A stretch of DNA of 64,000 bases from Candidatus Parvarchaeota archaeon (GCA_017609605.1 JAFCDO010000002.1:9369-73368); one strand, 5' to 3'. Positions 1-9,298 are shown, counted from the first letter of the stretch. Made by a program: numbers and translations. Notes: generated by a model from the letters alone, not told the origin.

Positions 1-441
1 CGTTGTGCTATCAGATTTTTTGAATGGCGTCATGTGGACGTGCATGCCCGCGTTAAGATAGTACTTTTCTGGTTTATTTCTCCAAGCAGGTTCCATCGGG
101 TACCATCCTGTCGAGGTTGCCTTAAAGTCAGAGCTGTACTCGGACATTAGACTAGCGAGTGAGGAGCACATGAGCCAAGAGTCGTAAAGCCCTGAAAGCG
201 TGGATACTGGTGAGGATAGTTCAAGCTTAAAATGTCTGCTCCTATCATCATTTAATGGAGACACGTCCGTGTTTATTATGAATCCTGCGTTGTTTAAACT
301 CGTTAAGAACTTGTCAGAACTAAGCTTAAAATAAGTAATGCCAAGGTCTTCGAACAAATGCTCGTCAATGATGTTTTCAGCTTCCGCAGGTCTCATCGAC
401 TTGCCGTGCACTGGAAACTCTATTTCCACCCCTGTTATCAT
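1..441 (-). CDS. hypothetical protein, partial (starts at 441, runs off window edge)
   Basis: Minus-strand ATG at 441-439 opens a frame with no stop to position 1 (MITGVEIEFPVHGKSMRPAEAENIIDEHLF...). It is co-oriented with and 52 nt downstream of the glnA-like stop. It is absent from the ORF track because it is truncated by the window edge. No family recognised. Confidence 0.4.
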   Translation of the reverse strand, partial: MITGVEIEFPVHGKSMRPAEAENIIDEHLFEDLGITYFKLSSDKFLTSLNNAGFIINTDVSPLNDDRSRHFKLELSSPVSTLSGLYDSWLMCSSLASLMSEYSSDFKATSTGWYPMEPAWRNKPEKYYLNAGMHVHMTPFKKSDSTT

Positions 442-492
442 TCAATTCAAGAAAAAAAGCTTGGACGTTTTAATGTCTTGTGTTATATCTTC

Positions 493-1632
493 TCACATTG
501 CCAAGTATTTTTTTTTCTCCCAGTCAGTGATGTGCGTAGCGTATTCCTCCCACTCTTCATATTTTAGTTTCAGGTACGTTTCAACGAATTCTTCCCTCAA
601 ACCTTTCTTAATCACTTCATCGCAACCCAAGTTTTTCAACGCGTCTTTGAGCCTGGTTGGCAGTTTTCCTTTCGCTTCACCTGCTGAACCGTTTTCAACC
701 CCATGCATTCCCGCGATTACCATTCCTGCAAGCACTAAGTAAGGGTTTGACAGCGCGTCCGGCGCCCTGAACTCTATCCTAGCACCTCCCTCTGAATCAT
801 GGGCGGGAATTCTTATGATACTTGTCCGGTCCCTGTAACCCCATTTTATTTCAGATGGCGCTTCAAAACCCGGCCTAAGCCTTTTGTACGAGTTGATAGT
901 AGGATTTGTTAACGCGCATAACGCGCCCGCGCGTGATAGTAGACCGTTCACGAATTTTTTTCCGAAATCTGGCAGCCCGTTTGGCGAGTAAAAAAGGTTC
1001 TTTTCTTTATTCCATACAGATATGTGGCAGTGCATGCCACTCCCATTAATTCCTTTGAAAGGTTTTGGCATGAAGTTAGCTTCAAAACCTTTTTCTGCAC
1101 AAACTCTTTTGATTATCATTTTAGTCGCAACGACGTTGTCAGCCGTGGTGAGCGCTTCGGAGTGCATAAAATTTATTTCGTGCTGAGAACTCGCGACCTC
1201 GTGATGAGTTACAGTTGGAGTGATGCCTGCCGAAATCATTCTGCGACAAATCTCTTTTCTTAACTCTTTGAACTCGAAGTCGTCGCTGAAATACCCTGTC
1301 TCATCAATGAGTTCTCCTTTCTTGGTTATGAAGAACTCTATTTCTGCTCCAATCTCGAATCTGAATTCTTTATACTTGGCTAGAACTTTTTTTAAGATGC
1401 TTCTCGGGCAGGAATGGAATTCTTTTTTATCATGGGTTAAGACGTCGCATATCACTATGTTGTTTCCGTTAATCGTAAACTCTTTTTCCGGTTTGAGGTA
1501 AAGGTCACTGTCTTCTGTTGCCCTGAAACCTTTTATCGAAGAACCGTCAATGAACGCGCCGCCTTTTGAATAGTACGTGGCAGTTTTAATCTCTCCAAGA
1601 GGTGTTGTGAAAACATAATCAATTTCTTGCAT
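493..1632 (-). CDS. glnA: glutamine synthetase family protein (short ~380 aa GlnA-like catalytic domain)
   Basis: 379-aa ORF with GS catalytic-domain-like blocks (…GSGMHCHISVW…, …NGLLSRAGALCALTNPTINSYKRL…, …RIEFRAPDALSNPYL…). It is shorter than canonical GSI, so the exact substrate (Gln vs gamma-glutamyl-amine ligase) is open. Confidence 0.8.
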   Translation of the reverse strand: MQEIDYVFTTPLGEIKTATYYSKGGAFIDGSSIKGFRATEDSDLYLKPEKEFTINGNNIVICDVLTHDKKEFHSCPRSILKKVLAKYKEFRFEIGAEIEFFITKKGELIDETGYFSDDFEFKELRKEICRRMISAGITPTVTHHEVASSQHEINFMHSEALTTADNVVATKMIIKRVCAEKGFEANFMPKPFKGINGSGMHCHISVWNKEKNLFYSPNGLPDFGKKFVNGLLSRAGALCALTNPTINSYKRLRPGFEAPSEIKWGYRDRTSIIRIPAHDSEGGARIEFRAPDALSNPYLVLAGMVIAGMHGVENGSAGEAKGKLPTRLKDALKNLGCDEVIKKGLREEFVETYLKLKYEEWEEYATHITDWEKKKYLAM

Positions 1633-1741
1633 TCCAAAAAGATGAATGAACAGTCTTAAAAACTTAGTCCCACAAAACTTGAAAAAACATGCTAAAAACT
1701 TGAAGAAAACGTTTAAATATGGAAAACCTTTCCAAAAAGTT

Positions 1742-2200
1742 ATGGATTCGAAAGATGTTAAGATTTTAAAAGAGTTGCAGGCGAACGCTCGAATGAGTGT
1801 CAGTCAAATTGCCAAAAAGACTTTGATACCTATAACTACTGTGCATAACCGCATTAAAAAGTTTGATAGGGAGGGTTGGGTTAAAGCGTACAAAACCGTT
1901 TTGGACCCGAAAGCCTTTGATAAAGATTTATTCGCTTTCATTCTTGTCTCGACAACGTATAATTTTAAGGGGAAGAAGCTTTCCCAAGAAAGCTTTTGCA
2001 GACGCATGTCATCGTTCCCGTTTGTCCAAGAAGTTCACGTGATTAGCGGGGAATGGGATGTCATGCTTAAACTAAAAGTAAGGGGCATGGAAGAGCTTAA
2101 CGATTTCATTACTAAGGACTTACGCCCCATGCAGGAAGTCGTTCACACTAGGAGCATTTTTGTGATGGATTCGTTTAAGGAAACAACAGATTTGCTCTAA
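1742..2200 (+). CDS. lrp: Lrp/AsnC family transcriptional regulator
   Basis: N-terminal HTH (DSKDVKILKELQANARMSVSQIAKKTLIPITTVHNRIKKF) plus a C-terminal RAM-like domain. It is divergent from the GS gene. The start is taken at an internal ATG (1742) that gives a typical ~150-aa Lrp; the track ORF starts at 1646. Confidence 0.75.
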   Translation: MDSKDVKILKELQANARMSVSQIAKKTLIPITTVHNRIKKFDREGWVKAYKTVLDPKAFDKDLFAFILVSTTYNFKGKKLSQESFCRRMSSFPFVQEVHVISGEWDVMLKLKVRGMEELNDFITKDLRPMQEVVHTRSIFVMDSFKETTDLL

Positions 2201-2496
2201 TCATTTTTTTCATCAAGAGCGTTGGGGTCGAATTCTCTTTTTATAACATATATCGTGGCAGCTATCAATCCTGCGGAACCTAAAACCATTAGAGGGAAGT
2301 AACTTGTTTCAGGAATGCTTTCGCTTAACACTATTAGCGCTGAACCAGTTAAATTCAAACTCACTCGCTTATTATACCCTATTCTTTCTTTAATCCAACT
2401 TAAGCACGCGCAAGCTTTTCCCACTTGGTTTTTACTGAAAACATCGTCAATTGACCCCATCAATACAAAAAGGGAGAGAATGCTTGTTTTAAACAT
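2197..2496 (-). CDS. small membrane protein, hypothetical
   Basis: 99 aa with two hydrophobic segments; no motif recognised. Confidence 0.35.
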   Translation of the reverse strand: MFKTSILSLFVLMGSIDDVFSKNQVGKACACLSWIKERIGYNKRVSLNLTGSALIVLSESIPETSYFPLMVLGSAGLIAATIYVIKREFDPNALDEKND

Positions 2497-3472
2497 GTCG
2501 TTTTACGCGCTTAGGATAAGGACATTTCTTCATTATTACAGTGTTAACTTTTAGCACGGGTTTTTTTCTGGCTTCAAGAAGTTCTTCTCCGTCCACTAGC
2601 AAGGTTCCAAAACCTATCAACTCGTTTTTTAAGGTGAGAAGCATGACTTTATCATCTTTTTTCAGCCCTTTATCCATTTTTGATGCTCCGGACGTCCAAA
2701 GTCTAGAACCATTGCACAAAGAGTTTACCGTGAAGTCTGAAACCCAGATTTTTGGCGTGAACAACAACGCTCTTTCAATGGGTTGCACGCACTTCTTCAA
2801 AAGCTTTTCATCTCCCAGCGCGACCGCGTCAGAGAGTTCTTGCAGACTGACACAGCTATCCTCATGAATGACTCCTACTTTGGTTCTGCGAAGCTCAAGC
2901 ATGTGTGCTCTCACACCCATTTTTTTTCCGATGTCGTCGCATAGTTTTCTGATGTAAGTGCCTGCTTCGCACCCAACTAAGAACAGTACTTCTTGTCCCT
3001 TGATTTCGAGGATTTGGATGTAATGGATTGTTCTTTCTCGCTCCACGCGCTTGACCGCGGACCTGACAGGTGGTTTTTGAATGATTTTTCCCACGAAGGA
3101 TTTCATCGCTTTCCTGATTTTTTGTTCTGGGAATTGTTCGTGGATTTTCATGAGGCAAACGTATTCTTTGCCCGCTTTCAACAGGTAGGAAAGGGCTCGG
3201 GTAGCGTTGTTCAAAGCGACTGGTAGCGCGCCAGTGACTTTTGGGTCGAGTGTGCCAGAGTGCCCTGCTTTCCAGGCACCAACAATTTTTTTTACGAGTT
3301 CCGATATTTTGTGGCTGTGAGGTCCTGATGGTTTGTCCACGTTTACGAAACCGTATTCCAGCCAATTGGTCATATCTCGTTTTTCTGGTTGGCAACCCCA
3401 TTCCGGGTTAGATTCTTCTTTTTTCAGGATTAGAATTTTTCTTTTGATTTTTTCTGAAGGGAGCAAACTCAT
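2489..3472 (-). CDS. cbf5: H/ACA RNP pseudouridine synthase Cbf5 (TruB family with PUA domain)
   Basis: TruB catalytic motif HSGTLDPKVTGALPVAL with the catalytic Asp, and a ~327 aa length typical of archaeal Cbf5 with a C-terminal PUA-like region. Confidence 0.85.
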   Translation of the reverse strand: MSLLPSEKIKRKILILKKEESNPEWGCQPEKRDMTNWLEYGFVNVDKPSGPHSHKISELVKKIVGAWKAGHSGTLDPKVTGALPVALNNATRALSYLLKAGKEYVCLMKIHEQFPEQKIRKAMKSFVGKIIQKPPVRSAVKRVERERTIHYIQILEIKGQEVLFLVGCEAGTYIRKLCDDIGKKMGVRAHMLELRRTKVGVIHEDSCVSLQELSDAVALGDEKLLKKCVQPIERALLFTPKIWVSDFTVNSLCNGSRLWTSGASKMDKGLKKDDKVMLLTLKNELIGFGTLLVDGEELLEARKKPVLKVNTVIMKKCPYPKRVKRHV

Positions 3473-3520
3473 TTTCTTTTTAATTGTTAATTGAGGAATA
3501 ATATTTTAAGTTTGCTATTG

Positions 3521-3901
3521 TTAATATGGTTCCGCTAAACTCATTTCTTCAAGAAGAAGAATGCCTTTGCTTTTGACCCCGTTTTTGCGAGCTTCAATCA
3601 CGTCATCCATCGCTGCGACAAAGATTTTTCCTTCGGAAGGATTTCTTTCTCTGTTGGATAAATGCCATTTGACGTAGTCAGCAAAGGAAGGGATTCTCGC
3701 CACCCAGATACCCCATTCTTTATGATGCTTCCACTCATCTTGAGAATATTGAACCACGGGGGTTCCGTTAAGTCCTGTTGATTTTAAATCTTCTGTAACA
3801 ACTTTCCAGCCTATTGGATAGGTTAAGCCATCAACTTTTTGCTGATAAACTTTCCAGCCATTAACCTTCTTGAAATCATATTCTCTTAGGTCCACTCCCA
3901 T
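3521..3901 (-). CDS. hypothetical protein
   Basis: 126-aa ORF between cbf5 and rpl14e; no recognisable motif. Confidence 0.4.
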   Translation of the reverse strand: MGVDLREYDFKKVNGWKVYQQKVDGLTYPIGWKVVTEDLKSTGLNGTPVVQYSQDEWKHHKEWGIWVARIPSFADYVKWHLSNRERNPSEGKIFVAAMDDVIEARKNGVKSKGILLLEEMSLAEPY

Positions 3902-3964
3902 ACTTTAAGAGGATTTTTTTTATGTTTAAAACTTTTTTGGATTATAAGAAGATAGAACTTTACT

Positions 3965-4435
3965 TTATTTCTTCTTTGTTTTTGCGGGTTTCTTAACAGG
4001 TTTCTTCTTTTCAACTTTTTTCTTAGGCGCTGTTTTCTTTTTAGTTACAGCTTTCTTTTTTACTTCTTTCTTTTTAACCGCTTTTTTTGGTTTCGTTTTG
4101 TTTTCTTTTTGTTTTGCAGCCCTGGCTCGTCTTTCCAATTTTTTCTTTTTCACAGGTTTAGGTCCCTTAGGCTTGTCTTTTGAAGTCATTCTCGCTTTGT
4201 GTTCCTTGTCAGTGATGAGTTCGGCTTGTTTCATTGCTTCAAGAACGGTTTCTGTTTTGGCTTTATTGCTTATTTTTAGAGCGTTGGGTGTTGGTTGTAA
4301 GTGCGCTTTGTTGCACTTTCTTCTTCGGGTCAGCCCGTCAATCATGACAAAACTGCTATCTAATTCTTCGATTATCAGGCACAGCAGTCCTTTTTCCCTG
4401 CCCATGGTTTTAACACAAACTCTTCCAACTTTCAT
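3965..4435 (-). CDS. rpl14e: 50S ribosomal protein L14e with Lys-rich C-terminal extension
   Basis: KOW-like N-terminus MKVGRVCVKTMGREKG typical of L14e, followed by a ~70-aa KKK/PKK low-complexity tail. Confidence 0.75.
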   Translation of the reverse strand: MKVGRVCVKTMGREKGLLCLIIEELDSSFVMIDGLTRRRKCNKAHLQPTPNALKISNKAKTETVLEAMKQAELITDKEHKARMTSKDKPKGPKPVKKKKLERRARAAKQKENKTKPKKAVKKKEVKKKAVTKKKTAPKKKVEKKKPVKKPAKTKKK

Positions 4436-4527
4436 TATTCCTCTTTCATTGTTTTATTGGTTTTATAAGTTTTTTGAACGGTTTTGAAAAAGTAAGTTTT
4501 ATAAGCGTGTTTTTTGACTTGTTTTTT

Positions 4528-4929
4528 ATGGTTTGTGAGAGGTGTGGGTGTTGTTGTGGGGATAATCATTTCTGGTCAAGAACTTTGCTTAAAGGCTTCA
4601 AAGAGCGTCCTGAGTTGAAAGAGTATGTTTTAAGCATTTTTCCGCAGGTCAGGGAAGAGGTTGATTTCGCGCTCGAAAACATTGAAAGTTATGATTATTG
4701 GGGTATTGTTCCTGAACCCGCAAGGCCTGTTAAGTCAAAATTGCTTGAGTTAATGCCTGATTCAGACATTCATGATTTTGGTAAGCACTGCGTTTTCCTA
4801 ACTTTTAAAGATGGTTTGGCTAACTGTTTGATTCATCCGTCAGTCATTGAGGAAAAACTGGGTTTTTCTTATGACCTTAGAGGTGGGGAGTGTAGGGTAG
4901 GGGGTTGTTTTAAGGGAAGGAGTCCTTAG
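4528..4929 (+). CDS. YkgJ/UPF0153-family putative Zn/Fe-chelating protein (CxxCGxCC motif)
   Basis: CERCGCCC fits the CxxCGxCC signature near the N-terminus. The start is taken at the internal ATG 4528, since the track ORF's first 18 aa are hydrophobic junk. Confidence 0.45.
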   Translation: MVCERCGCCCGDNHFWSRTLLKGFKERPELKEYVLSIFPQVREEVDFALENIESYDYWGIVPEPARPVKSKLLELMPDSDIHDFGKHCVFLTFKDGLANCLIHPSVIEEKLGFSYDLRGGECRVGGCFKGRSP

Positions 4930-4975
4930 ATTACGATAAAGTTTTTATAACATTGAGCAATTACTTACGGTCATA

Positions 4976-5296
4976 ATGAACCCTCAAAACGGTCCAAAAA
5001 AAGAGAGTCCCTTTCAAATGCTTGTAAACGAAGCAATCAATAACGTTAGCAAGTCTCCATTAAAGCCGGAGGCTGAAAAATCTTTTGGGAGTCCTAGACC
5101 CGCGATTAGGCCTGGCAGGGAGTTAGCGGTTCCTGTTGAAAAGAATAGTTTGGGTAATCCTCCCAGTATTCACGAGCTCGCTGAGGCCCGTGCGGCTAAG
5201 AATTCTTCTCAAGAGGGCGTGGATAAGGTTTCCAGAATTATTGATGAAGAGATTGAAAAGTTTAAGCAGAACGTTATGAAGCGTTTGAAAGAATAA
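4976..5296 (+). CDS. hypothetical protein
   Basis: 106-aa ORF, charged and low-complexity, with no motif. Confidence 0.35.
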   Translation: MNPQNGPKKESPFQMLVNEAINNVSKSPLKPEAEKSFGSPRPAIRPGRELAVPVEKNSLGNPPSIHELAEARAAKNSSQEGVDKVSRIIDEEIEKFKQNVMKRLKE

Positions 5297-5355
5297 AATT
5301 TTTACATAAACCCAATTCTAAATTTTACGTAGCTGTAAGCCTGTCTTGACTATGC

Positions 5356-5619
5356 TCATGCATTTATTCCGTGTAAATAAAGATTTTTTTGGGCGCAAAC
5401 AACTTTTGTTTTCATTGCCAGACTTATTTCTTTGCACGCGTATGATTCAACGCTTATTCCTTGTAATTGAATTTCTTCTGTTTCCTCGGTTATTTCCGCT
5501 TTGTTGTAAATTATTTTTCCGTCGAAATTTTTGCAAATAGAACAAATCCCAAATTTTTTAATCAAACTATCTAAATTTTCTTTTGAAAGTTTTCCAACGA
5601 GTATTTCGATATCGTTCAT
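5356..5619 (-). CDS. small Cys-containing protein, paralog 1 (KKFGICxxC motif)
   Basis: 87 aa; shares the motif L(I/V)KK(F/Y)GIC(S/I)(I/E)C with the adjacent ORF. Confidence 0.45.
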   Translation of the reverse strand: MNDIEILVGKLSKENLDSLIKKFGICSICKNFDGKIIYNKAEITEETEEIQLQGISVESYACKEISLAMKTKVVCAQKNLYLHGINA

Positions 5620-5708
5620 CTTTTTTTTCCACCTAACAAAGGAAATTAATCCTTGTTTTTTAAATCATTCGTTTATAACTGATATCGCTTCAGTCGATTT
5701 TCTTCTGA

Positions 5709-5957
5709 TTACAGGATTAAATCTTTTTTATAAAACTCTATTATGGATATGTATCCTTTGCAAACTTTCTTTTTTTCAATCACCAAATATTTAGTACTGC
5801 ATTTCCATTCATCTTTGTCCGGAACAGTTCTGGCGCTGTTGTTCATGCATTCAATGCATATTCCATACTTTTTCACCAGTTCTTCTAATGAAGAAATGCT
5901 ATAAAGCCCCAGCTTAATCTCTATCAAATCCAGTTCTAAGTCAAATGAATCGTACAC
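5709..5957 (-). CDS. small Cys-containing protein, paralog 2 (KKYGICxxC motif)
   Basis: 82 aa; a tandem paralog of 5356-5619. Confidence 0.45.
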   Translation of the reverse strand: MYDSFDLELDLIEIKLGLYSISSLEELVKKYGICIECMNNSARTVPDKDEWKCSTKYLVIEKKKVCKGYISIIEFYKKDLIL

Positions 5958-6019
5958 GTTTTAACCCCTTTATCGTTACAGAAAAAATGGAGGGAAGCTT
6001 TTTTTTTAAGGATTATTGT

Positions 6020-6580
6020 TCAAAGGTCGTAGAATTCTCTGATGTCAGAGGTCAGGCATTCTGTTTTTCCTTTTGATAAGTTAGCCTGCGTGGCGCCCAT
6101 AAGGTCTTCTAAGGACATTTTTTCCGTGAATTCTTCGAAATCTGATACGAGGTCAAGAACAGGGGCTTCCTTCCCTTTAATCATAACATTATTTATGAAA
6201 TTCCAGGAAACGCGGTCGTTCGTGCTCGCGATGTCTGTTTCACTCGTTAATACCTTGACTCCACTTCCTATTACTCTTCTCCTGTAGAATGTCCCTAAAT
6301 TAAATCCTAATTCTTCTTCTTCGGGACTTATTCTTAAATGATAGTTGAACGGAGGGTTGAAACCTTTTCCGAGTTCAGGAGTTGCAACCACTTGTTGGAA
6401 GTCAGTTACATAATTTCCTTGAGGTAATTGCTTTCCGGAAAAACTGTCCTCGTCGTTTGCAATGCCTCGAATCCATGCTTTGAAAGCTTCGTGAAACATG
6501 GGTGTTAGAACGTTTTTTCTTTTACCTGTTAGTTCTTGGTGGAATTTTGACAGGATTGTTGGCGTGTAAGTAACTTCCAT
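6020..6580 (-). CDS. hypothetical protein
   Basis: 186 aa, with no P-loop or other motif. It sits where adk/cmk usually follow secY in archaea. Confidence 0.45.
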   Translation of the reverse strand: MEVTYTPTILSKFHQELTGKRKNVLTPMFHEAFKAWIRGIANDEDSFSGKQLPQGNYVTDFQQVVATPELGKGFNPPFNYHLRISPEEEELGFNLGTFYRRRVIGSGVKVLTSETDIASTNDRVSWNFINNVMIKGKEAPVLDLVSDFEEFTEKMSLEDLMGATQANLSKGKTECLTSDIREFYDL

Positions 6581-6631
6581 ACATTTTTTTGGGAAACCTC
6601 TTGTTATTAAAAGTGTTTCGTTTTTGGTTTT

Positions 6632-7054
6632 CTACAGTTCTGTGCCCACAATTTTTTTGATTAACGGGTTGAGAACTGTTGAGAATATGATGTACGTGAG
6701 GAACCATCCCACGTCGTTCCCGATTACGGGCAGTGTCCAGGGTAATTGCACGAGTATGAATCCCATGAAATAATTTTTCATTACAGGAAACAAGACTATG
6801 AATGTTAGCATGGAAACCATCATTGGTTTCGTGGTCTGCTTCATCTTCTTCATTGACAGGTTCATTATCTCTGATTGAATGTTGTTCAATTTCTTGAGGT
6901 CCTTAGTGTTCTTGCTCGCTTTCTGCAATTCTTTGACCTGCTTGTTAATTTTTTTTATCAGGTCTTGGTCAGTGAACTTTTTGTAAATGATTTGAATGAT
7001 GATGTTGGCTAGTAGTGCGAACCCAAAGATTCCTAAAAGAGTTGTGTAATCCAT
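6632..7054 (-). CDS. DUF106/EMC3-like membrane protein (archaeal YidC/Oxa1-like candidate)
   Basis: A TM helix, then a coiled-coil K-rich segment, then two TM helices. It lies immediately downstream of secY, which is the conserved archaeal location of DUF106. At 140 aa it is shorter than typical members. Confidence 0.5.
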   Translation of the reverse strand: MDYTTLLGIFGFALLANIIIQIIYKKFTDQDLIKKINKQVKELQKASKNTKDLKKLNNIQSEIMNLSMKKMKQTTKPMMVSMLTFIVLFPVMKNYFMGFILVQLPWTLPVIGNDVGWFLTYIIFSTVLNPLIKKIVGTEL

Positions 7055-7068
7055 TTTTTTTTTCTTTA

Positions 7069-8472
7069 TTATTTTTTGAATATTCTTCTCACGAGAGGCG
7101 GTAAGTCTTTGCCATGATCTCTTTCAATGATTTGGTAGAACTGATATAAAATCATAACTGTCAATAGTATACCCGTTCCCCTGGATAAGGCGCCGAACAG
7201 GTCTGCAATGACCGCGATTGCGCCAACGCTCACCCCTCCCATAATGCTTAACGGCACTATGTAACGGTTCAGCATTCTTTCAATAATTCTTTTGTCCCTG
7301 CGAAAACCTGGTATGAACAGGTTGCTACTCATTATCTGGTCCGCCACGCTTCCCGCGTCCTGGCCTCCAACGTTAATCCATAAGTAAGAGAACAGTCCTG
7401 AACCAATTATCATAAACGTGGCGTAAACAAGTATTGATAAAGCATAATCTTGAGTCCAGCCAGTGAGCACTATTTGCCGAATGGTTGGGGGGTTAAGGTA
7501 TTTGACTAAACCGCTTGTGGGCACTTCTTGAACGCCTCCTCCAACGTTTGTTTTTTCAAAAGTCCCTAAAACGGGGATGCCCATGTGGTACAGAGATAAA
7601 CCCCAGAACTGCATGCTGGCGATCATGGCTGCCACGAGGATTACCGGGATGTTGCTCGTGTAAACAAAGCTTAGAGGCCACCTCATGCTATAACCCCTAA
7701 CCCTGCCAAACGTCAACGGTATTTCTACGCGGATGGCTTGCATGTACACGGCTATAACGAAAACTATTACTGTTGCGGCCAGCGTGATTATAGGCCACAT
7801 CGCGTTTTGAGGCAGTCCTTGCAAGACCAGAGCGAATATTTGTGGTACCAGTCCTATGGGTAGTGAAGGATTGATGGGGGATGGTAGCGGGTTGAGCGCG
7901 CTCACAAATATTTGCCTGCTAACCCCTGCTGCAATGAACAAAGAGATTCCTGAACCTATGCCCCATTTTGACACGACTTCATCTAAGAACAGGAGCAGCA
8001 GTCCACCTATGACTAGTTGTAAAACCATTATTAACATGTTAACGCCTGTGAAAGTTGCTGGTGGCAGTGCCCCGCTGACAGCGTAAATAGCGTTTTCAAA
8101 AACTATGAACACGATGGACATCATTTTTTGCACGCCTTGGTAAAGTTTTTTCCCTTCTACAGTGTTGGTATCGATTTTGATAATGTCCGCTCCCATCAGT
8201 AATTGCAGTATGATGCTTGCAGTCACTATTGGCCCTATTCCTAGTGAAATGATTGAGCCGAACTGTGCTGCCAGAAGAACGCTTATTGACTCGAACTTGG
8301 CTTGGTATGTTGGGTCCAGCCCGTACAGAGGTATTAAGGATAACAGATAGTATAATACTAGTATTACACCCGTCCACTTGAGTTTTTCCATGAAATCAAG
8401 TTTTCTTTTTGGTGAAGTTACTTCCGGCAGGTTGTAGAGTATGTCTTTATAACCCATTTTTGGTTTCTTCAA
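7069..8472 (-). CDS. secY: preprotein translocase subunit SecY
   Basis: 467 aa with about 10 TM segments, in the conserved position after L15 at the end of the ribosomal operon. Confidence 0.9.
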   Translation of the reverse strand: MKKPKMGYKDILYNLPEVTSPKRKLDFMEKLKWTGVILVLYYLLSLIPLYGLDPTYQAKFESISVLLAAQFGSIISLGIGPIVTASIILQLLMGADIIKIDTNTVEGKKLYQGVQKMMSIVFIVFENAIYAVSGALPPATFTGVNMLIMVLQLVIGGLLLLFLDEVVSKWGIGSGISLFIAAGVSRQIFVSALNPLPSPINPSLPIGLVPQIFALVLQGLPQNAMWPIITLAATVIVFVIAVYMQAIRVEIPLTFGRVRGYSMRWPLSFVYTSNIPVILVAAMIASMQFWGLSLYHMGIPVLGTFEKTNVGGGVQEVPTSGLVKYLNPPTIRQIVLTGWTQDYALSILVYATFMIIGSGLFSYLWINVGGQDAGSVADQIMSSNLFIPGFRRDKRIIERMLNRYIVPLSIMGGVSVGAIAVIADLFGALSRGTGILLTVMILYQFYQIIERDHGKDLPPLVRRIFKK

Positions 8473-8867
8473 TTCTCTTGTTCTGTTTTTACAGTGCCAC
8501 CAGCTTTTATTATTTTTTGTTTAGCTGTTTCAGTGACGGCTCGAGCAGTCAGATTTATTTTTCTGTCCACCACTCCTTTGCCCAGCACTTTTTGGAATCC
8601 TAGTTTAGAAGCGTTTATTTTTTCGCTTTCCACTAACTTCAATAAGCTTCCAATGTTTACGCTGTTGGTTTTTGGTTTCACTGAGACGAAACCTCTTTTA
8701 CCTGGTTTCAGGCCTTGTTTTAGGAACATTTGTCTTCGGTGGCTTCTTCTTTTACCCCACCCCGCTTTTCCTCTTCCTCCACGGTTTCCAGCCCCTCTTG
8801 TCCTGTAACCGCTTCTTCTCCAGCAACCTTTTCTTTTGTGCGCTTTGCTTGTCTTATTAACAACCAT
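8469..8867 (-). CDS. rpl15: 50S ribosomal protein L15 (uL15)
   Basis: GAGNRGGRGKAGWGKRRSHRRQ Gly/Arg-rich uL15 signature; operon position. Confidence 0.85.
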   Translation of the reverse strand: MVVNKTSKAHKRKGCWRRSGYRTRGAGNRGGRGKAGWGKRRSHRRQMFLKQGLKPGKRGFVSVKPKTNSVNIGSLLKLVESEKINASKLGFQKVLGKGVVDRKINLTARAVTETAKQKIIKAGGTVKTEQEN

Positions 8868-8869
8868 TT

Positions 8870-9298
8870 TTACAGCATTTTCTCCAATAATTTGTTGATG
8901 TTTTTGTGGAATCCTAAGGCTCCACCCCGCGTCGCGGGTTGTCTTATGCCTTTTCTCGGGAAGCCTCCTCTTGGGGGGTGAAGGTTGAAGACCGGTTTTT
9001 CGCCAACGTCTTTAAAACTTTTTTTATTTGATAAGAACTGTTTTGCAAATCCTGCAGAGTCCTTTAAAACTTTTTTTTCAATTAGTCTTGTCAGGATTGT
9101 TTCGTTGATTTCTCCCCACGCCACGAAGTCTTTTATCCTGTGGATTTGTCCTTTAGTGTGTTCGTTCCAATGCATGATCCTGCAAGCGTGTTTTTTGGTT
9201 AAGCCAAGTAGTTCCATGGCTTTTTTGGCTTTTGGGTTGACGTCTAATAGTCCTCGAACCCTTATTACCGCGACGTTTTTCATTTGGTTTCGCCCCAC
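8870..9298 (-). CDS. rpl30: 50S ribosomal protein L30 (uL30)
   Basis: VAVIRVRGLLDVNPKAKKAMELLGL ferredoxin-like uL30 N-terminus, with the archaeal long form. Confidence 0.85.
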   Translation of the reverse strand: MGRNQMKNVAVIRVRGLLDVNPKAKKAMELLGLTKKHACRIMHWNEHTKGQIHRIKDFVAWGEINETILTRLIEKKVLKDSAGFAKQFLSNKKSFKDVGEKPVFNLHPPRGGFPRKGIRQPATRGGALGFHKNINKLLEKML

